Source: an uncultured Clostridia bacterium (lineage in GTDB: Bacteria; Bacillota; Clostridia; Oscillospirales; Oscillospiraceae). Taken from it: DNA of 64,000 nt. Shown in pieces: positions 47,587-57,464 of the stretch. The stretch is taken from the NCBI GenBank assembly GCA_937967235.1, contig CALCJW010000192.1, positions 4,533 through 68,532 of the forward strand, written 5' to 3'. The first letter of the stretch is position 1. Each line of letters begins with the position of its first letter. Under the pieces are notes generated by a model. That model was not told the DNA's origin. It searched no databases and saw nothing but the letters and a program-made list of their open reading frames with translations. Both the position numbers and the translations under genes were made by a program.

Positions 47587-47826
47587 ATCTTCATCCACCT
47601 TTCTGCTGCCGATAAAGTCCGAAACGCCATAGCTGCCATCTGCGCAGTAGTGCATTTCATACATGGTGAGCGTGTCGTTCTTTTTCCACATTGGAGACAT
47701 CCCGCTTGCTCGCAAAACCTCATTCAGCGTGGATTGCTCCGCGACCTTTTTGCTGACCGTGCCGCAGTTGACGAAGACCTGCCCGCACAGGCGGCACTTG
47801 TAAAGAACCTGGTAGGATTTAGCCAT
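47581..47826 (-). CDS. small CxxC zinc-ribbon protein, paralogue 2
   Basis: MAKSYQVLYKCRLCGQ...DFIGSRKVDEDG; shares start and end motifs with paralogue 1. Confidence 0.45.
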   Translation of the reverse strand: MAKSYQVLYKCRLCGQVFVNCGTVSKKVAEQSTLNEVLRASGMSPMWKKNDTLTMYEMHYCADGSYGVSDFIGSRKVDEDG

Positions 47827-47860
47827 CCTCTTTGCCTCCGTTCCTGGCTTACAGCCTCCA

Positions 47861-48040
47861 TCAATTCTGTTCCTTCGTTCTGACCGGCTCGAACTCGTCG
47901 AACTCCGGGTAATACCGGGCCGCCTGCTGGACGGCCAGGTGTTCTGCCTCAGCTCCATTCGGAGCCTCGATGCCGCTCCAGCAATGGATGTCGGCGCCGC
48001 CTTCATTCCGGCACTCGACGATCACTCTGTACTTAGGCAT
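47861..48040 (-). CDS. small hypothetical protein (59 aa)
   Basis: Manually translated MPKYRVIVECRNEGGADIHCWSGIEAPNGAEAEHLAVQQAARYYPEFDEFEPVRTKEQN with AAGGAGG RBS. Confidence 0.3.
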   Translation of the reverse strand: MPKYRVIVECRNEGGADIHCWSGIEAPNGAEAEHLAVQQAARYYPEFDEFEPVRTKEQN

Positions 48041-48272
48041 GGCCTCGCCTCCTTTCCTCGAAGTGTGTCTGCATCAGCTCAGAGGCTCGCTCCGGGTCTT
48101 CCGACACGCTGTCTCGGCAGGCCCTCGCGGTCGCCCGCAATGCGAAGAGCTTGCAGTCAGTGGAGCATCCGGGTACACCGTGCGTCATTTTGTCGCAGAG
48201 TGCCCGCCGCTGCTCCAGCAGCTCAGTGAGCTTCTTGTTACGCTTTTTCATGATCTCCGCTCCAATGTCCAT
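48033..48272 (-). CDS. small hypothetical protein
   Basis: 79-aa ORF. Confidence 0.35.
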   Translation of the reverse strand: MDIGAEIMKKRNKKLTELLEQRRALCDKMTHGVPGCSTDCKLFALRATARACRDSVSEDPERASELMQTHFEERRRGHA

Positions 48273-48978
48273 TCTTGCGATCTTCTCGCCGATATTCGCT
48301 CTCTTCGATCTCGCTCAGGGTCTTGTACCCGTTGCGGCTCCAGACCTGGTAAATGCCGTTGACATAGCCCCAGTTGAGCTTGCCTTGCTCGCGGGCTATG
48401 TCGAAGGCATGAGCCAAAATCTGCTTTTTTTCCTGTGGGAAGCTCATTGTCCAACTGCCATCCTCGTGCTTTTCCTGCACTCGGATGCGGTGGAACACTT
48501 GGCGGACGTCGTTCTGGTTCGGCTGCTGCCGTGGGAAGAACTCTTCCCAGAGCGTGAGCGCGATCTGCTGGAGTTCTTGTCCCAGGGCCTCGGTATAGCC
48601 GAAGTAGGTTGTGATGTCGTCCTTGACATCCCAGAGGAACGAGTCGGGGGCCTCCTGGCTCTCTTCCTCCGGCTGCTCGGCGGCCCCCTCCAGGGCCGCA
48701 ACCGACAACATTTTGTAGACGCTTGGCTTTCCTTTGGCTCCGGCGATGAACTCCAGCAGTCCGTCGTCCACCAGCTCTTGGCGGGCAGCGGCAGCGGTAT
48801 GTCTGGAGCCGACGTTCATCATCTGCATTATGCGAGCGTTGTCCAGTTGGAATGTTTCAGGCCAGTGCAGGCGGTTCGCCGTGTCCATGAGCTTGTACCA
48901 TAGGAGCTGCGCATTGTTGGAGAGCGGGTTCCGGCGCATTCGTTCTGCGAACGCATTCAATTCCGGCATATAATTCAC
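48238..48978 (-). CDS. DnaD-domain replication initiation / replisome organizer-like protein
   Basis: C-terminal KLNWGYVNGIYQVWSRNGYKTLSEIEE resembles the DnaD/DnaB C-terminal (DDBH2) motif. Confidence 0.55.
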   Translation of the reverse strand: MNYMPELNAFAERMRRNPLSNNAQLLWYKLMDTANRLHWPETFQLDNARIMQMMNVGSRHTAAAARQELVDDGLLEFIAGAKGKPSVYKMLSVAALEGAAEQPEEESQEAPDSFLWDVKDDITTYFGYTEALGQELQQIALTLWEEFFPRQQPNQNDVRQVFHRIRVQEKHEDGSWTMSFPQEKKQILAHAFDIAREQGKLNWGYVNGIYQVWSRNGYKTLSEIEESEYRREDRKNGHWSGDHEKA

Positions 48979-49018
48979 GGCGAGCCCGCCCTCCTTTCGT
49001 CAAGCGCGTTTCTGCCGT

Positions 49019-52000
49019 TCATTCCATCGTAACCGTACTTCCGTTTTCTCCGCCAGTGACGATGATGTTCTGCGAGAACCGTGCCTTCATGGTCGGGTCG
49101 TGCGAGATCGCCAAAATGCGCATACCGGGGTTTCGGGTCGCCATGTTGGACAGGGCGTCCGCGTAGGCGTCCGTGCCGTCTGCATCCAAGAACGGCGGCT
49201 CGTCGATGAACAGCATACCGAGCTGAACACCGGCGCGGCGGGCCTTCACGTCCGCAAGGCCCAGTGTGACGGCCAGGGCGATCTTGACCTTCTCGCCTCC
49301 GCTGTGGCTCTGGTACGGGCGGGTGCCGCCGGTGATCGTGTTAATCCAGACCTCCAGGCTGTTCACGATCTGCTTCGTGGACTTCTGCTCGCGCTCGGTA
49401 CGGAAGTCCACCGCCATCCTGCCGCCGGTCATGGATGCAAGGATGTCGTTACTCTGCCGCATGATCTCCGGCACGACGCCGCGAATAATCATGTATTGGA
49501 TGCCGTCGATGCCGAACGCCTGAACCAGCGTGGTGTAGTCGTTCAGCTTCTCCGCGATCTCGGTCAGCTCAGAGCGAAGCTGGGTGATCTGCTCGGTCGC
49601 CTCGTCGATCATCTGGAGCTTTGCCTTGATCTCGCCGCGGCGGAGGATGCAGCACGACACAATGTCATTTGCGGGTGCAAGCCTCCTCTGGATGCTCTGC
49701 CATGCGTCGTAGGGTACGGGCTTGATGCGCTCCCGGATGGAATATGCCTCCAGGTGGGCCGCGGCGCTCTGGCCGTTCAACTCCTCAATCTCCCGGTTGA
49801 GCCGGTCGATCTGAGGTTTCAGGGCCTCCATTTTGGCGGCAGCAGCTTCACAAGCGGCCAGACGGTCGGCCATCCGCTCGTTGTCCTCGATCTGCTTATG
49901 TGCCGCGTTGTACCGCTCGACCACATTCTGCATGGACTTTATCTGGCCGTTGAGCTCGGCTGCTTTCTGGAGCGCAGCGGCCTCCCGATCGGTGGCCGCC
50001 TGGATGTCGGCCTCGACCTTCTGGAGCGATGCTTCCGCAGCCGCAAGCCGCGGAGCAAGATCGGCGAGGAGCCGCAGCGTTTCTTCTTCGGCGGCCAGGT
50101 GCAGCAGCTCGGTTGCCGGGTCGCCCAGGGCCTCGTCCGCTGTCTTGGCGTCGTTGTACGCTTTCAGTAGCTTCTCATACTGGGCCTTGCGGTCTGCCTT
50201 GGTCTGCGCCAACTCCTGCTCCAGAGCGGGAATAGACCGCTTCGCGTTGGTGGCGGAGATCAAGAACTTACACGTTGCGGTGTCCGGGTTCGGACAGCCG
50301 CTCCCCTCCAGGCGGGCAGCCTCTTTGCGCAGGGCTTCCAGGTTGCTTTCCATGCCGCGGATAGTCACCCGGCTTTCTGCCAGGTGCGCGTCAACCGCAG
50401 CCTTCGCATCGCGGGCGGCCTGCGCGGTCTTTTTCTGCTCCAGCACGCGGGTCTGGACTTCCTTTCTCCGGGATGCCAGGGATTCAAGACTGGCTTGCGC
50501 CGCCTCGATCTCAGCCTTTCTCTTGACCGTTCCCTCGTACTCGCACCGGTAGGCCGTGAGCTCACCGATGGTGTCGTGGGCAGCCTGCGCGTCGCTCTGC
50601 GCAGTCTTCATGTCGTGGAGGATAGCCGTCAGCTCATTCATCTTCGGGGTGAGCTCCTGGAGCTCAGAACGGGCGGCCTTGACGAGCTGGGCGGCGGTGC
50701 GAGCCATGTCCAGGCGGGCGCCGTCGGCGGCTGCCGCGTCGTACTCGCTCTGGAGCCTCACTCCCTCGTCGGCCTTCTGGTTGCGCTTCCGGGTACACTC
50801 CGCGGCCTGGGAGTCCTTTTCATCGGCCTGCTTCTTGATCTCGGCGGCCAGAGCCTCGGCCTGTTCGAGAGCCTTCTGCTCCTGCTCCGCCTCCGCGATC
50901 GTCCGCTTGGCCTCTTCGATCTTCTCCACCTTGGCCGCGTCCTCGATCATGAGGTCTTCGCGCTTCTCGACCTGTTCAGTCAGGACGTCGATGCGGTCTT
51001 TGGTCGCCGCGATCTTCCTGCGCTGCTCTTTGGCTGCGTCCTTGGCGATTTCCTCCATGCGGGAGTAGACGCCCAGGCCCAGCAGCGAGCTCAGAACCTC
51101 CATGCGCCGGTCGCTATCCGCGTCCAGGAACAGGCCGTAGGCATCCTGCCGAATGAGGGCGATCGAACAGAATGTATCGCAGTCCATACCCAGCAGCCGC
51201 TCGATCTTCGCCTGAGTCAGCTTCATGGTGGTGTCGCTCTCGTCCGCCCAGGAACCAGCTTCCGGGTCGAGCCGCTGGAGAGCCAGCGTGCCGCGTCCGC
51301 TCTTCGTGCGGGTGCGGATAACGCGGTACTCCTGGCCGCCCATGCCGAAGGTGAATGTGATCGCGCCGCTCTTCGTACCGTCGCGCACCCAGCCGCCGAT
51401 GTCCTCTTTGCGGGTGTGCTCATAGAGGCAGTCGGCGATCGCGTCCATGAACAGGGACGACTTGCCGACGCCGTTCTGACCGTTTACCATAGCCATGCGC
51501 ACCGGCCCAAAATCAAACTCAGCCTCCGTATAGCTGCGGTAGTTCTTGACCTCGATCTTGTGCGGGATGAAGGCTCCCGTGTGCTTCCCGTCGTCCCGGC
51601 CATCGTCCGCTTTCTTGATGATCGGTTCCGCCAGGACTTTGAGCCGGTCGGCCTTGTCGCCGGTGATGTCGTTGTGCTCCAGCCAGCGGCCCAGGGCCTC
51701 AAACGGGCCGTCGTGTTCAGTGAGCTGGTCTTTCGAGTCCAGCTCCTCCACGTCCTCCGGGACGATCTCGGCGACGTAGAACGCACCGTCGGCAGTCAAC
51801 GCCTTCTGGATGTCGGCCCGGTTCAGAGCCTTTTCCTGCTCTGCCGTGCAGGAATAGCGCACCCGGATGATCTTATCCCTTACGAGCTCCCCAAAGCTGA
51901 CGCTCTGAGGGTCTGCAATGAACTGGGCCACGGTGTCCGGCGAGAGCCGCAACGTCAGGTGTTCGCGCTCCGGCAGGCCGATGAAGCCGGACGCGACGGC

Positions 52001-52816
52001 GTTGCCGCCCATCATCGGCTGCAAGGTGTGGAGCCAAAAACCATGCTCCGTGCCCTCGTCGTTGAAATTCAACTGGTTCACGCTGCCGCAGTAATAGGCC
52101 GGAGTTTCGCTGGCAAGACGCTGGGGCTTGTGGATGTGTCCGAAACAGGCAAGGTCAACGCCTGCCGCGTCGATCGTGGAGGGCAGAATCACCACGTCCT
52201 GTCCCGCCAGGAAGGTACTGCCGTTGTCCGCCTCGCTGCCGCTCACGGTGTAGTGGGCGGTCATGACAGCCGGGATGCTGTGATCGAGCTGCGTTGCAAG
52301 GCCCAGAATCGTGTCGTTTATGAGGGCTGTCGCGTTGCGGTTCTCCTCCTCCTTGTCCATGCCAGGGTAGAACAGGCGCAGGCGGGCTTTATCGAAACCA
52401 GGAACAGCCATGATCTGCACCGGGCCTTCCTTGGTGTCCAGCTTCTCGACCGCGGGCGTGGTGTAGATGTGCAGATTGCTCAGGTTCTCGGTCGCCTTCT
52501 TAATGAGCTCGAAGGCACGGGGGTTGTCATGGTTCATGGTGCCGAACAGCAGCACCACCTCGTCGCTGCACCCGCACAGCGGAATGACGAACTTCTCCAG
52601 GGCGTCGTTTACGTCGTCCAGAGCGGTGTCAGCCCAAACGCGGGAGCGGTTGAACAGATCGCCAGCGATGATCGAAACCTCCGGCTTGATGCTCTGCGCA
52701 TCCTCCACGATAGCTTTCATGCAGCCGATCGTGTCCAGGCGGCGGAGGTTTTCGCCGTCTTTTGTGGGGCCTGCCAGGTCGCCCAGGTGGATGTCACCGG
52801 TATGCAGTATCCTCAT
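49019..52816 (-). CDS. fused SbcD(Mre11)-SbcC(Rad50)-like nuclease/ATPase
   Basis: N-terminal calcineurin-like phosphoesterase MRILHTGDIHLG...GDLFN...GNHD. Then an ~900-aa AAA_23/SMC-like coiled-coil ATPase. AGGAGG RBS. Confidence 0.75.
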   Translation of the reverse strand: MRILHTGDIHLGDLAGPTKDGENLRRLDTIGCMKAIVEDAQSIKPEVSIIAGDLFNRSRVWADTALDDVNDALEKFVIPLCGCSDEVVLLFGTMNHDNPRAFELIKKATENLSNLHIYTTPAVEKLDTKEGPVQIMAVPGFDKARLRLFYPGMDKEEENRNATALINDTILGLATQLDHSIPAVMTAHYTVSGSEADNGSTFLAGQDVVILPSTIDAAGVDLACFGHIHKPQRLASETPAYYCGSVNQLNFNDEGTEHGFWLHTLQPMMGGNAVASGFIGLPEREHLTLRLSPDTVAQFIADPQSVSFGELVRDKIIRVRYSCTAEQEKALNRADIQKALTADGAFYVAEIVPEDVEELDSKDQLTEHDGPFEALGRWLEHNDITGDKADRLKVLAEPIIKKADDGRDDGKHTGAFIPHKIEVKNYRSYTEAEFDFGPVRMAMVNGQNGVGKSSLFMDAIADCLYEHTRKEDIGGWVRDGTKSGAITFTFGMGGQEYRVIRTRTKSGRGTLALQRLDPEAGSWADESDTTMKLTQAKIERLLGMDCDTFCSIALIRQDAYGLFLDADSDRRMEVLSSLLGLGVYSRMEEIAKDAAKEQRRKIAATKDRIDVLTEQVEKREDLMIEDAAKVEKIEEAKRTIAEAEQEQKALEQAEALAAEIKKQADEKDSQAAECTRKRNQKADEGVRLQSEYDAAAADGARLDMARTAAQLVKAARSELQELTPKMNELTAILHDMKTAQSDAQAAHDTIGELTAYRCEYEGTVKRKAEIEAAQASLESLASRRKEVQTRVLEQKKTAQAARDAKAAVDAHLAESRVTIRGMESNLEALRKEAARLEGSGCPNPDTATCKFLISATNAKRSIPALEQELAQTKADRKAQYEKLLKAYNDAKTADEALGDPATELLHLAAEEETLRLLADLAPRLAAAEASLQKVEADIQAATDREAAALQKAAELNGQIKSMQNVVERYNAAHKQIEDNERMADRLAACEAAAAKMEALKPQIDRLNREIEELNGQSAAAHLEAYSIRERIKPVPYDAWQSIQRRLAPANDIVSCCILRRGEIKAKLQMIDEATEQITQLRSELTEIAEKLNDYTTLVQAFGIDGIQYMIIRGVVPEIMRQSNDILASMTGGRMAVDFRTEREQKSTKQIVNSLEVWINTITGGTRPYQSHSGGEKVKIALAVTLGLADVKARRAGVQLGMLFIDEPPFLDADGTDAYADALSNMATRNPGMRILAISHDPTMKARFSQNIIVTGGENGSTVTME

Positions 52817-53847
52817 TTTCTGCCTCCTCTTGCCTTGCGCTGGCACTCGTTACACAGGATGCGTCCGAAAACCCTCTGACTGTACCCTGCAATGTCGTCC
52901 GGCGTCCAAACCGCGCCGTTCCGGGTATTTACTGCCGTGATCTCTTTGTGGCAGTCTGCGCAGTAGATACCGGGCTGCGGCTGCTGACGCGGTGCGGGAG
53001 GCTCCTCGTAGTAGGGCTCCTGCCAACCGGTGTCCGGCTCCTCGTAGTCCTCCGGCGGAGGCGGGGCCTCGTAGCCCTCGTCCTCGTAAGGCGGAACCTC
53101 TTCGGCCTGCTGAGCCGGAGGAAGGGCTGCCGGGGCCGGTGCTGCCGGAGTCTCGAACAAGAGGCCCATACTCTGCAAATAGCTCCCGGCCACGGCCTGC
53201 TTGATCTCCGGCGCATCCAGATTCGGAACGACGCGGGCCACGATGAATGGCTTTTTCAGATCGGGGAGCTTGTATGTACCGGCCAGCCCCAGGGCGGCGC
53301 GGATAGCACGCATGAATGCTTTGCTCTCCGCCATCGCGGTGCGGTGCGGCAGGAACCTCCTGTACTGCTGCCCGGTTGCGCCGTCCTTCATGGAGGCGGC
53401 CTCCAGGGCGCAGTCGATCTCTTTCGTGGCCTTCATCAGCCGGAAGCCGCCGGACGGTTCAGGCACGCGGATGGTGACGGTAACGGCGACGTCGTGGACG
53501 TGCTCGCAGTTGCCGCATACTCTGGGCTTGCCAGAGGCGCGGGCCATTTCGATGCACCGCTGGCAGCCTTCCGTTCTGCCTGGGGTCGTGTCCACGATGC
53601 TGATATTCGCGGCAGCGGCCAGCTTCATGCCGCCCACCTTCGTGATCGCAAACGCGCCGCTGGACTTTTCAAAATAGATGTCCTTGCTGGGTCCGCGGTT
53701 CGTGTTGTCCTGCCTGGTGTCCAGCTGCACCTCGGAAACGACGATGCGCTGGAGGTTGGACGCCGCCTGCATCGTAGTGACCGGCACCAGGACGTTATAC
53801 TGATCTGTCGGGTATTTGTTGAGTTGGAGTACGCTCTCGTAGTTCAT
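52813..53847 (-). CDS. hypothetical DNA-metabolism protein with a C-terminal zinc ribbon and Pro/Glu-rich linker
   Basis: CADCHKE...CNECQRK. No confident family assignment; it did not resemble RecT or ERF on inspection. Confidence 0.45.
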   Translation of the reverse strand: MNYESVLQLNKYPTDQYNVLVPVTTMQAASNLQRIVVSEVQLDTRQDNTNRGPSKDIYFEKSSGAFAITKVGGMKLAAAANISIVDTTPGRTEGCQRCIEMARASGKPRVCGNCEHVHDVAVTVTIRVPEPSGGFRLMKATKEIDCALEAASMKDGATGQQYRRFLPHRTAMAESKAFMRAIRAALGLAGTYKLPDLKKPFIVARVVPNLDAPEIKQAVAGSYLQSMGLLFETPAAPAPAALPPAQQAEEVPPYEDEGYEAPPPPEDYEEPDTGWQEPYYEEPPAPRQQPQPGIYCADCHKEITAVNTRNGAVWTPDDIAGYSQRVFGRILCNECQRKARGGRK

Positions 53848-53899
53848 ATTTGCTCCTTTCTCTTGACAAAAGAGCCTGGGCGTGATAATATGACATCGG

Positions 53900-54403
53900 T
53901 TAGTTATCGGGCACTTCTCGTTCAGGCATTTGGCGAGAGGTGCCTTCTCTTTTTCCCAGGCCTATGAGGATGATGTCGTTGATGCTCGCTTCAAGCTGCC
54001 GCAGGAACCGCAATGCCTCCTCGAAGTCCCTGCGCTCCGACTCGTCGATCACGCCGTCGAAGGCGATCTCTTCCAGCCGGTCGGCCACGGCCTGCGCATC
54101 CACGATCAGACGCCGGATGCGCAGCGTTGCGTGGGGAAGCGGAATGTCCGCCGCCGTCCAGCCCATCTTGCAACCCACAGGGCACGTCGCGCAGTAGCGA
54201 AGCAGGATGTCCGGGCTCTTGTAGCTCTCGGCGTAGACCACTGCGTCCGCCGGGGTCAGATCAACTTCCCCGCGCTCATGCCGCCCGATGGTTTCCGGCG
54301 AGTACGGGACCGCGATAGATGCCGTGCCACGGCTGACATATCCAGCCTTTACTCTTGCCTCCCGCAGATACGCGGGAGGCTTTTTTGTTACCATGATCGC
54401 CAT
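53900..54403 (-). CDS. XRE-like HTH regulator
   Basis: LREARVKAGYVSRGTASIAVPYSPETIGRHERGE. Confidence 0.45.
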   Translation of the reverse strand: MAIMVTKKPPAYLREARVKAGYVSRGTASIAVPYSPETIGRHERGEVDLTPADAVVYAESYKSPDILLRYCATCPVGCKMGWTAADIPLPHATLRIRRLIVDAQAVADRLEEIAFDGVIDESERRDFEEALRFLRQLEASINDIILIGLGKREGTSRQMPEREVPDN

Positions 54404-54445
54404 GCTGCTGTCCCTCTCTTTCTGGTATTATTTTGGCAGAGGGAA

Positions 54446-55351
54446 TCACTTCTCCACAGGCGCCAGGGCCTCGATTCGCTTGGCCGCATACAGGGCGTTC
54501 TTTGTGAGCTGCCGCTGCCACACACCGACAGACGGAGCCCAGTGAAAACCGTTCTGTTTGAGCTCCTGCCGCAAATCGTCGTCCGGCTTGTCGTAGAAGA
54601 TGATCTGGAGCCGGTTCGCAGATGTACTCACGACCACCTCGCCGCCGTCAAAATCCCAGCCTGCCGGAGGCGGTTCTGTCTTCTGCTTGCGCAGCTCCTC
54701 GATACGGCCACGCAGACGCCTGATCTCCGCATTCTGGTTGCTCAGGGTGTACGACTCGAAGGGCTTGTCCGAGAACCGCCAGGACGACTTCATGTCGGCC
54801 TTGATCTTCCTGATTACCTCCTCAGAGGCCAGCGTGCAGCCGTCCAGGGTGCCGTGCTTGCGGTAGTAGGCGTTAATGTCCTTCATTGTCTGCTGCGACC
54901 TCTCCAGCCTTGCCAGTTTCTCCTCCAGCTTCTCAATGGCGTTCGGGTCGTCCGCGCTGATACCGCCCATGCCCACGCTCTCGATCTTCCGCAGCAAACC
55001 CTGGATGTCCGCGTACTCACGCGCCAAGGTGTCGCGGCGGGCGTTCTGCTTTTCCTTCTTCGCCACCGGGAAATTAGAGCCGCCGGTAATGAGAATAGAC
55101 GGGCACGCCGCCTCGTTGCGGTAGTAGTCGTTGTAGTAGTCCGCAAGCCGGTGTGCGTACCGATCGAGTAGGCCATCCAGCTTGTCATGGTGCATGGGGT
55201 CAACCTTGGCCTTCTGCTTCTCAGCCAGGGCAGCGGCCTTGTCCACCTCGGCACGGTAGGCAGCCGTCGCGCTGCCGGGTTTGTAGTCGCGGAACGAGTT
55301 GGCGTCGTTCGCACGCTTGGCGGTGTCCTCATTGATGGGATAGTACGTCAT
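54446..55351 (-). CDS. hypothetical protein
   Basis: Start MTYYPINEDT with GAGGAGGTG RBS. The ORF-track N-terminal extension is spurious. Confidence 0.45.
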   Translation of the reverse strand: MTYYPINEDTAKRANDANSFRDYKPGSATAAYRAEVDKAAALAEKQKAKVDPMHHDKLDGLLDRYAHRLADYYNDYYRNEAACPSILITGGSNFPVAKKEKQNARRDTLAREYADIQGLLRKIESVGMGGISADDPNAIEKLEEKLARLERSQQTMKDINAYYRKHGTLDGCTLASEEVIRKIKADMKSSWRFSDKPFESYTLSNQNAEIRRLRGRIEELRKQKTEPPPAGWDFDGGEVVVSTSANRLQIIFYDKPDDDLRQELKQNGFHWAPSVGVWQRQLTKNALYAAKRIEALAPVEK

Positions 55352-55364
55352 GATCTTCACCTCC

Positions 55365-55688
55365 TCAGCTCTGGCCCTTGCCGACGTAGACGAGCGGCCT
55401 GCCGCGCTGGGCGATCTCGCCGCGGAAGCAGTCGCCGCAGTACCTCCAGACGTCCTCAGCCACCTTCGTGAAGGTTTCGTAGGTTGCCCGCCAGCGGTGG
55501 TTGTCCGGGTCGAAGCGGTCGCTGATCGGCTCACCCATCTGGGAACAGTGGGCGGTCATGGATGCAGGCGGCAGGCAGTTGATCGCGTCGTCCACGACCT
55601 CCTCCGTCACATAGTCGCCGATCTTCGCCAGTTCATAGCTGAACGACTCCCGGTCGTAAACCTTCTTGCCATCAAACATCTTCGCCAT
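55365..55688 (-). CDS. hypothetical protein
   Basis: Start MAKMFDGKK. Confidence 0.4.
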   Translation of the reverse strand: MAKMFDGKKVYDRESFSYELAKIGDYVTEEVVDDAINCLPPASMTAHCSQMGEPISDRFDPDNHRWRATYETFTKVAEDVWRYCGDCFRGEIAQRGRPLVYVGKGQS

Positions 55689-55702
55689 GTTGAGTCCTCC
55701 TC

Positions 55703-55954
55703 TCATTCATCAGCTCCGAGATCGTGGAGCTTCCAGCCTGTGAACACCAGGGCGGCAGCCGCCAGAACGACGTTGCCTGCGCCGGTTGTATGGATGCTCG
55801 CACTCTGGGCAATCATAATACCCAGGTACAGCAGCACTGCCGCGAGAAATGCCTGCATCAGCAGATGGGGCCATACAGCCCGCTTCTTGGCCTTCCGCTT
55901 CGGGCGGGGTGCCGCTTCCTGCTTGACGCTCAGGGTGAAACTTGTGCTCTCCAT
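55703..55954 (-). CDS. small membrane protein
   Basis: 83 aa with two hydrophobic segments. Confidence 0.4.
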   Translation of the reverse strand: MESTSFTLSVKQEAAPRPKRKAKKRAVWPHLLMQAFLAAVLLYLGIMIAQSASIHTTGAGNVVLAAAALVFTGWKLHDLGADE

Positions 55955-55966
55955 CGTGTTACCTCC

Positions 55967-56194
55967 TCATGCCCGGCTCTTCTGCCGGGTGTCCATATCC
56001 AGGCCCAGCCGCTCGTTGAAGTACCGCTTGCTGACGCGGCCTTCAAACGTCATCTTGCCTTGTGCCTCCAGCTCCTTGTTCATCTGCTTGATGATCTTGT
56101 AGCTCTTGCTCTGGGAAAAGCCCGTGATCCTCATGATGTCGTCCGAGAAATAGAACAGGTCGCGGGCGGTGTTGATCTTCGCCTTCGCTGCCAC
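55967..56194 (-). CDS. HTH DNA-binding protein (excisionase/Cro-like)
   Basis: GTG start after GGAGGAG: VAAKAKINTARDLFYFSDDIMRITGFSQSKSYKIIKQ. Confidence 0.45.
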   Translation of the reverse strand: MAAKAKINTARDLFYFSDDIMRITGFSQSKSYKIIKQMNKELEAQGKMTFEGRVSKRYFNERLGLDMDTRQKSRA

Positions 56195-56196
56195 AA

Positions 56197-56409
56197 TTAC
56201 TCCTCCTTCCGGTAGTTCTGCATGAACTCCCGAACCACGGGAATGAGCTGGTGCCCAGCACAGCGGCCCGTGGTGGTTTCCACCAGCGTGGTGTACTTGA
56301 CGCCTGCGCGCTCGGCCAGCTCCTTCACGGTCATGCCGGTCTGCGCGGTAAAGACGCGCACCTCGATGCCGAAGTCTGTCTTCGGTTTTGTGCGATTCGC
56401 AGTTTTCAT
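56197..56409 (-). CDS. Cro/CI-type HTH regulator
   Basis: RVFTAQTGMTVKELAERAGVKYTTLVE. Confidence 0.55.
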   Translation of the reverse strand: MKTANRTKPKTDFGIEVRVFTAQTGMTVKELAERAGVKYTTLVETTTGRCAGHQLIPVVREFMQNYRKEE

Positions 56410-56493
56410 TGTTTTTCTGCCTCCTTCGTACCTTAAAAATAAGGCTTATTTCTTGTGTTTTGCTTCCCGGTGCGCTATACTGATACCGGGTGT

Positions 56494-57210
56494 TTACCGG
56501 CACGACGCCAGCTGAGCGTATTCCGGCCTGCCCTCCAGCCTGGAGTTCGGGTCAAACTTGAGGCCGTCCCGGTAGCCCTTCTGTCTAGCTCCCAAGGCGT
56601 CCATGTCAACCTCGTTCCTGCCGATCGCCCTTGGCTTGCCCAGGCCGTCCGCCTCCTCGACGACGGCCTGGGGTGTCACCATGACGAGGCCCCATTCCTG
56701 GTGCTCCGCCTTCTGAGCCTTGAACGCATCCTGCAGGCCCTCGCAAAAGCCCCAGCCGTAGGCGTTCACCGCCTTGCGGTAGGTTCCGCGATCGTCCCAA
56801 GGGTTCCGCTTGATCTCGCGCTTGCATGTCGAAGCAATGCAGTCGTAGGCGTAGAGGAAAATCCTCTTGCAGATCTCGAAGTCGTCCTCCAGGCCGATGA
56901 AGCCGATGGTCGCCGTCTTGTAGCCCTTGCGCTTCCGATTGATTGCGCGGCAACAGTAGTTGTCGGCTATCACCGCCGAGAGGGAGGCTGCCCAGGGGTT
57001 CGTCATGGCTGTACACTGGATGTCGGTGAAGTCCTTGACGACCTTCTGGTTCTTCTGCTTCTGGCACTCCTCCGGGGTGAGCTTGTTCTTTGCCATCAGC
57101 TCGCGGGCCTTCAGGAGCGCGGCCTTGGCCTCCGCCTCGTTGGGGCTCTCTGCCAGGGCCAGCAGCTTTGCAATCTTGTCTTTGATGTCTGCCATGATCT
57201 TTACCTCCAT
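56494..57210 (-). CDS. DUF2786-domain protein
   Basis: IKDKIAKLLALAESPNEAEAKAALLKARELMAKNKL is the DUF2786 N-terminal hallmark. Confidence 0.55.
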   Translation of the reverse strand: MEVKIMADIKDKIAKLLALAESPNEAEAKAALLKARELMAKNKLTPEECQKQKNQKVVKDFTDIQCTAMTNPWAASLSAVIADNYCCRAINRKRKGYKTATIGFIGLEDDFEICKRIFLYAYDCIASTCKREIKRNPWDDRGTYRKAVNAYGWGFCEGLQDAFKAQKAEHQEWGLVMVTPQAVVEEADGLGKPRAIGRNEVDMDALGARQKGYRDGLKFDPNSRLEGRPEYAQLASCR

Positions 57211-57464
57211 TCGGGAACATAGTCGCCGTAGCCGCGGGTGATGTAAGCATCCAGAACCGCGACGGCCTCCGGGTTGAGGATGAACTTGGAACGATCGGTC
57301 AGGAGCTCCTTCAACTGGGAGATCGTGGCCCCCGGGTAGGTTTCGTGTACCAGCACCAGAAAATCGTTGGTCGCAGTCGTGGAACCGGCGATCGGGCGAC
57401 TCCCGCGCTTTGACTTTGGCGCGAAGAACACGACATCCTTGTGGCCATTCGGGTACTTAGGCAT
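57201..57464 (-). CDS. hypothetical protein
   Basis: 87-aa ORF. Confidence 0.4.
   Translation of the reverse strand: MPKYPNGHKDVVFFAPKSKRGSRPIAGSTTATNDFLVLVHETYPGATISQLKELLTDRSKFILNPEAVAVLDAYITRGYGDYVPEWR

Noticed and set aside
50384-52879. 831-aa plus-strand ORF
   Set aside because: Antisense to the SbcD-SbcC fusion gene.
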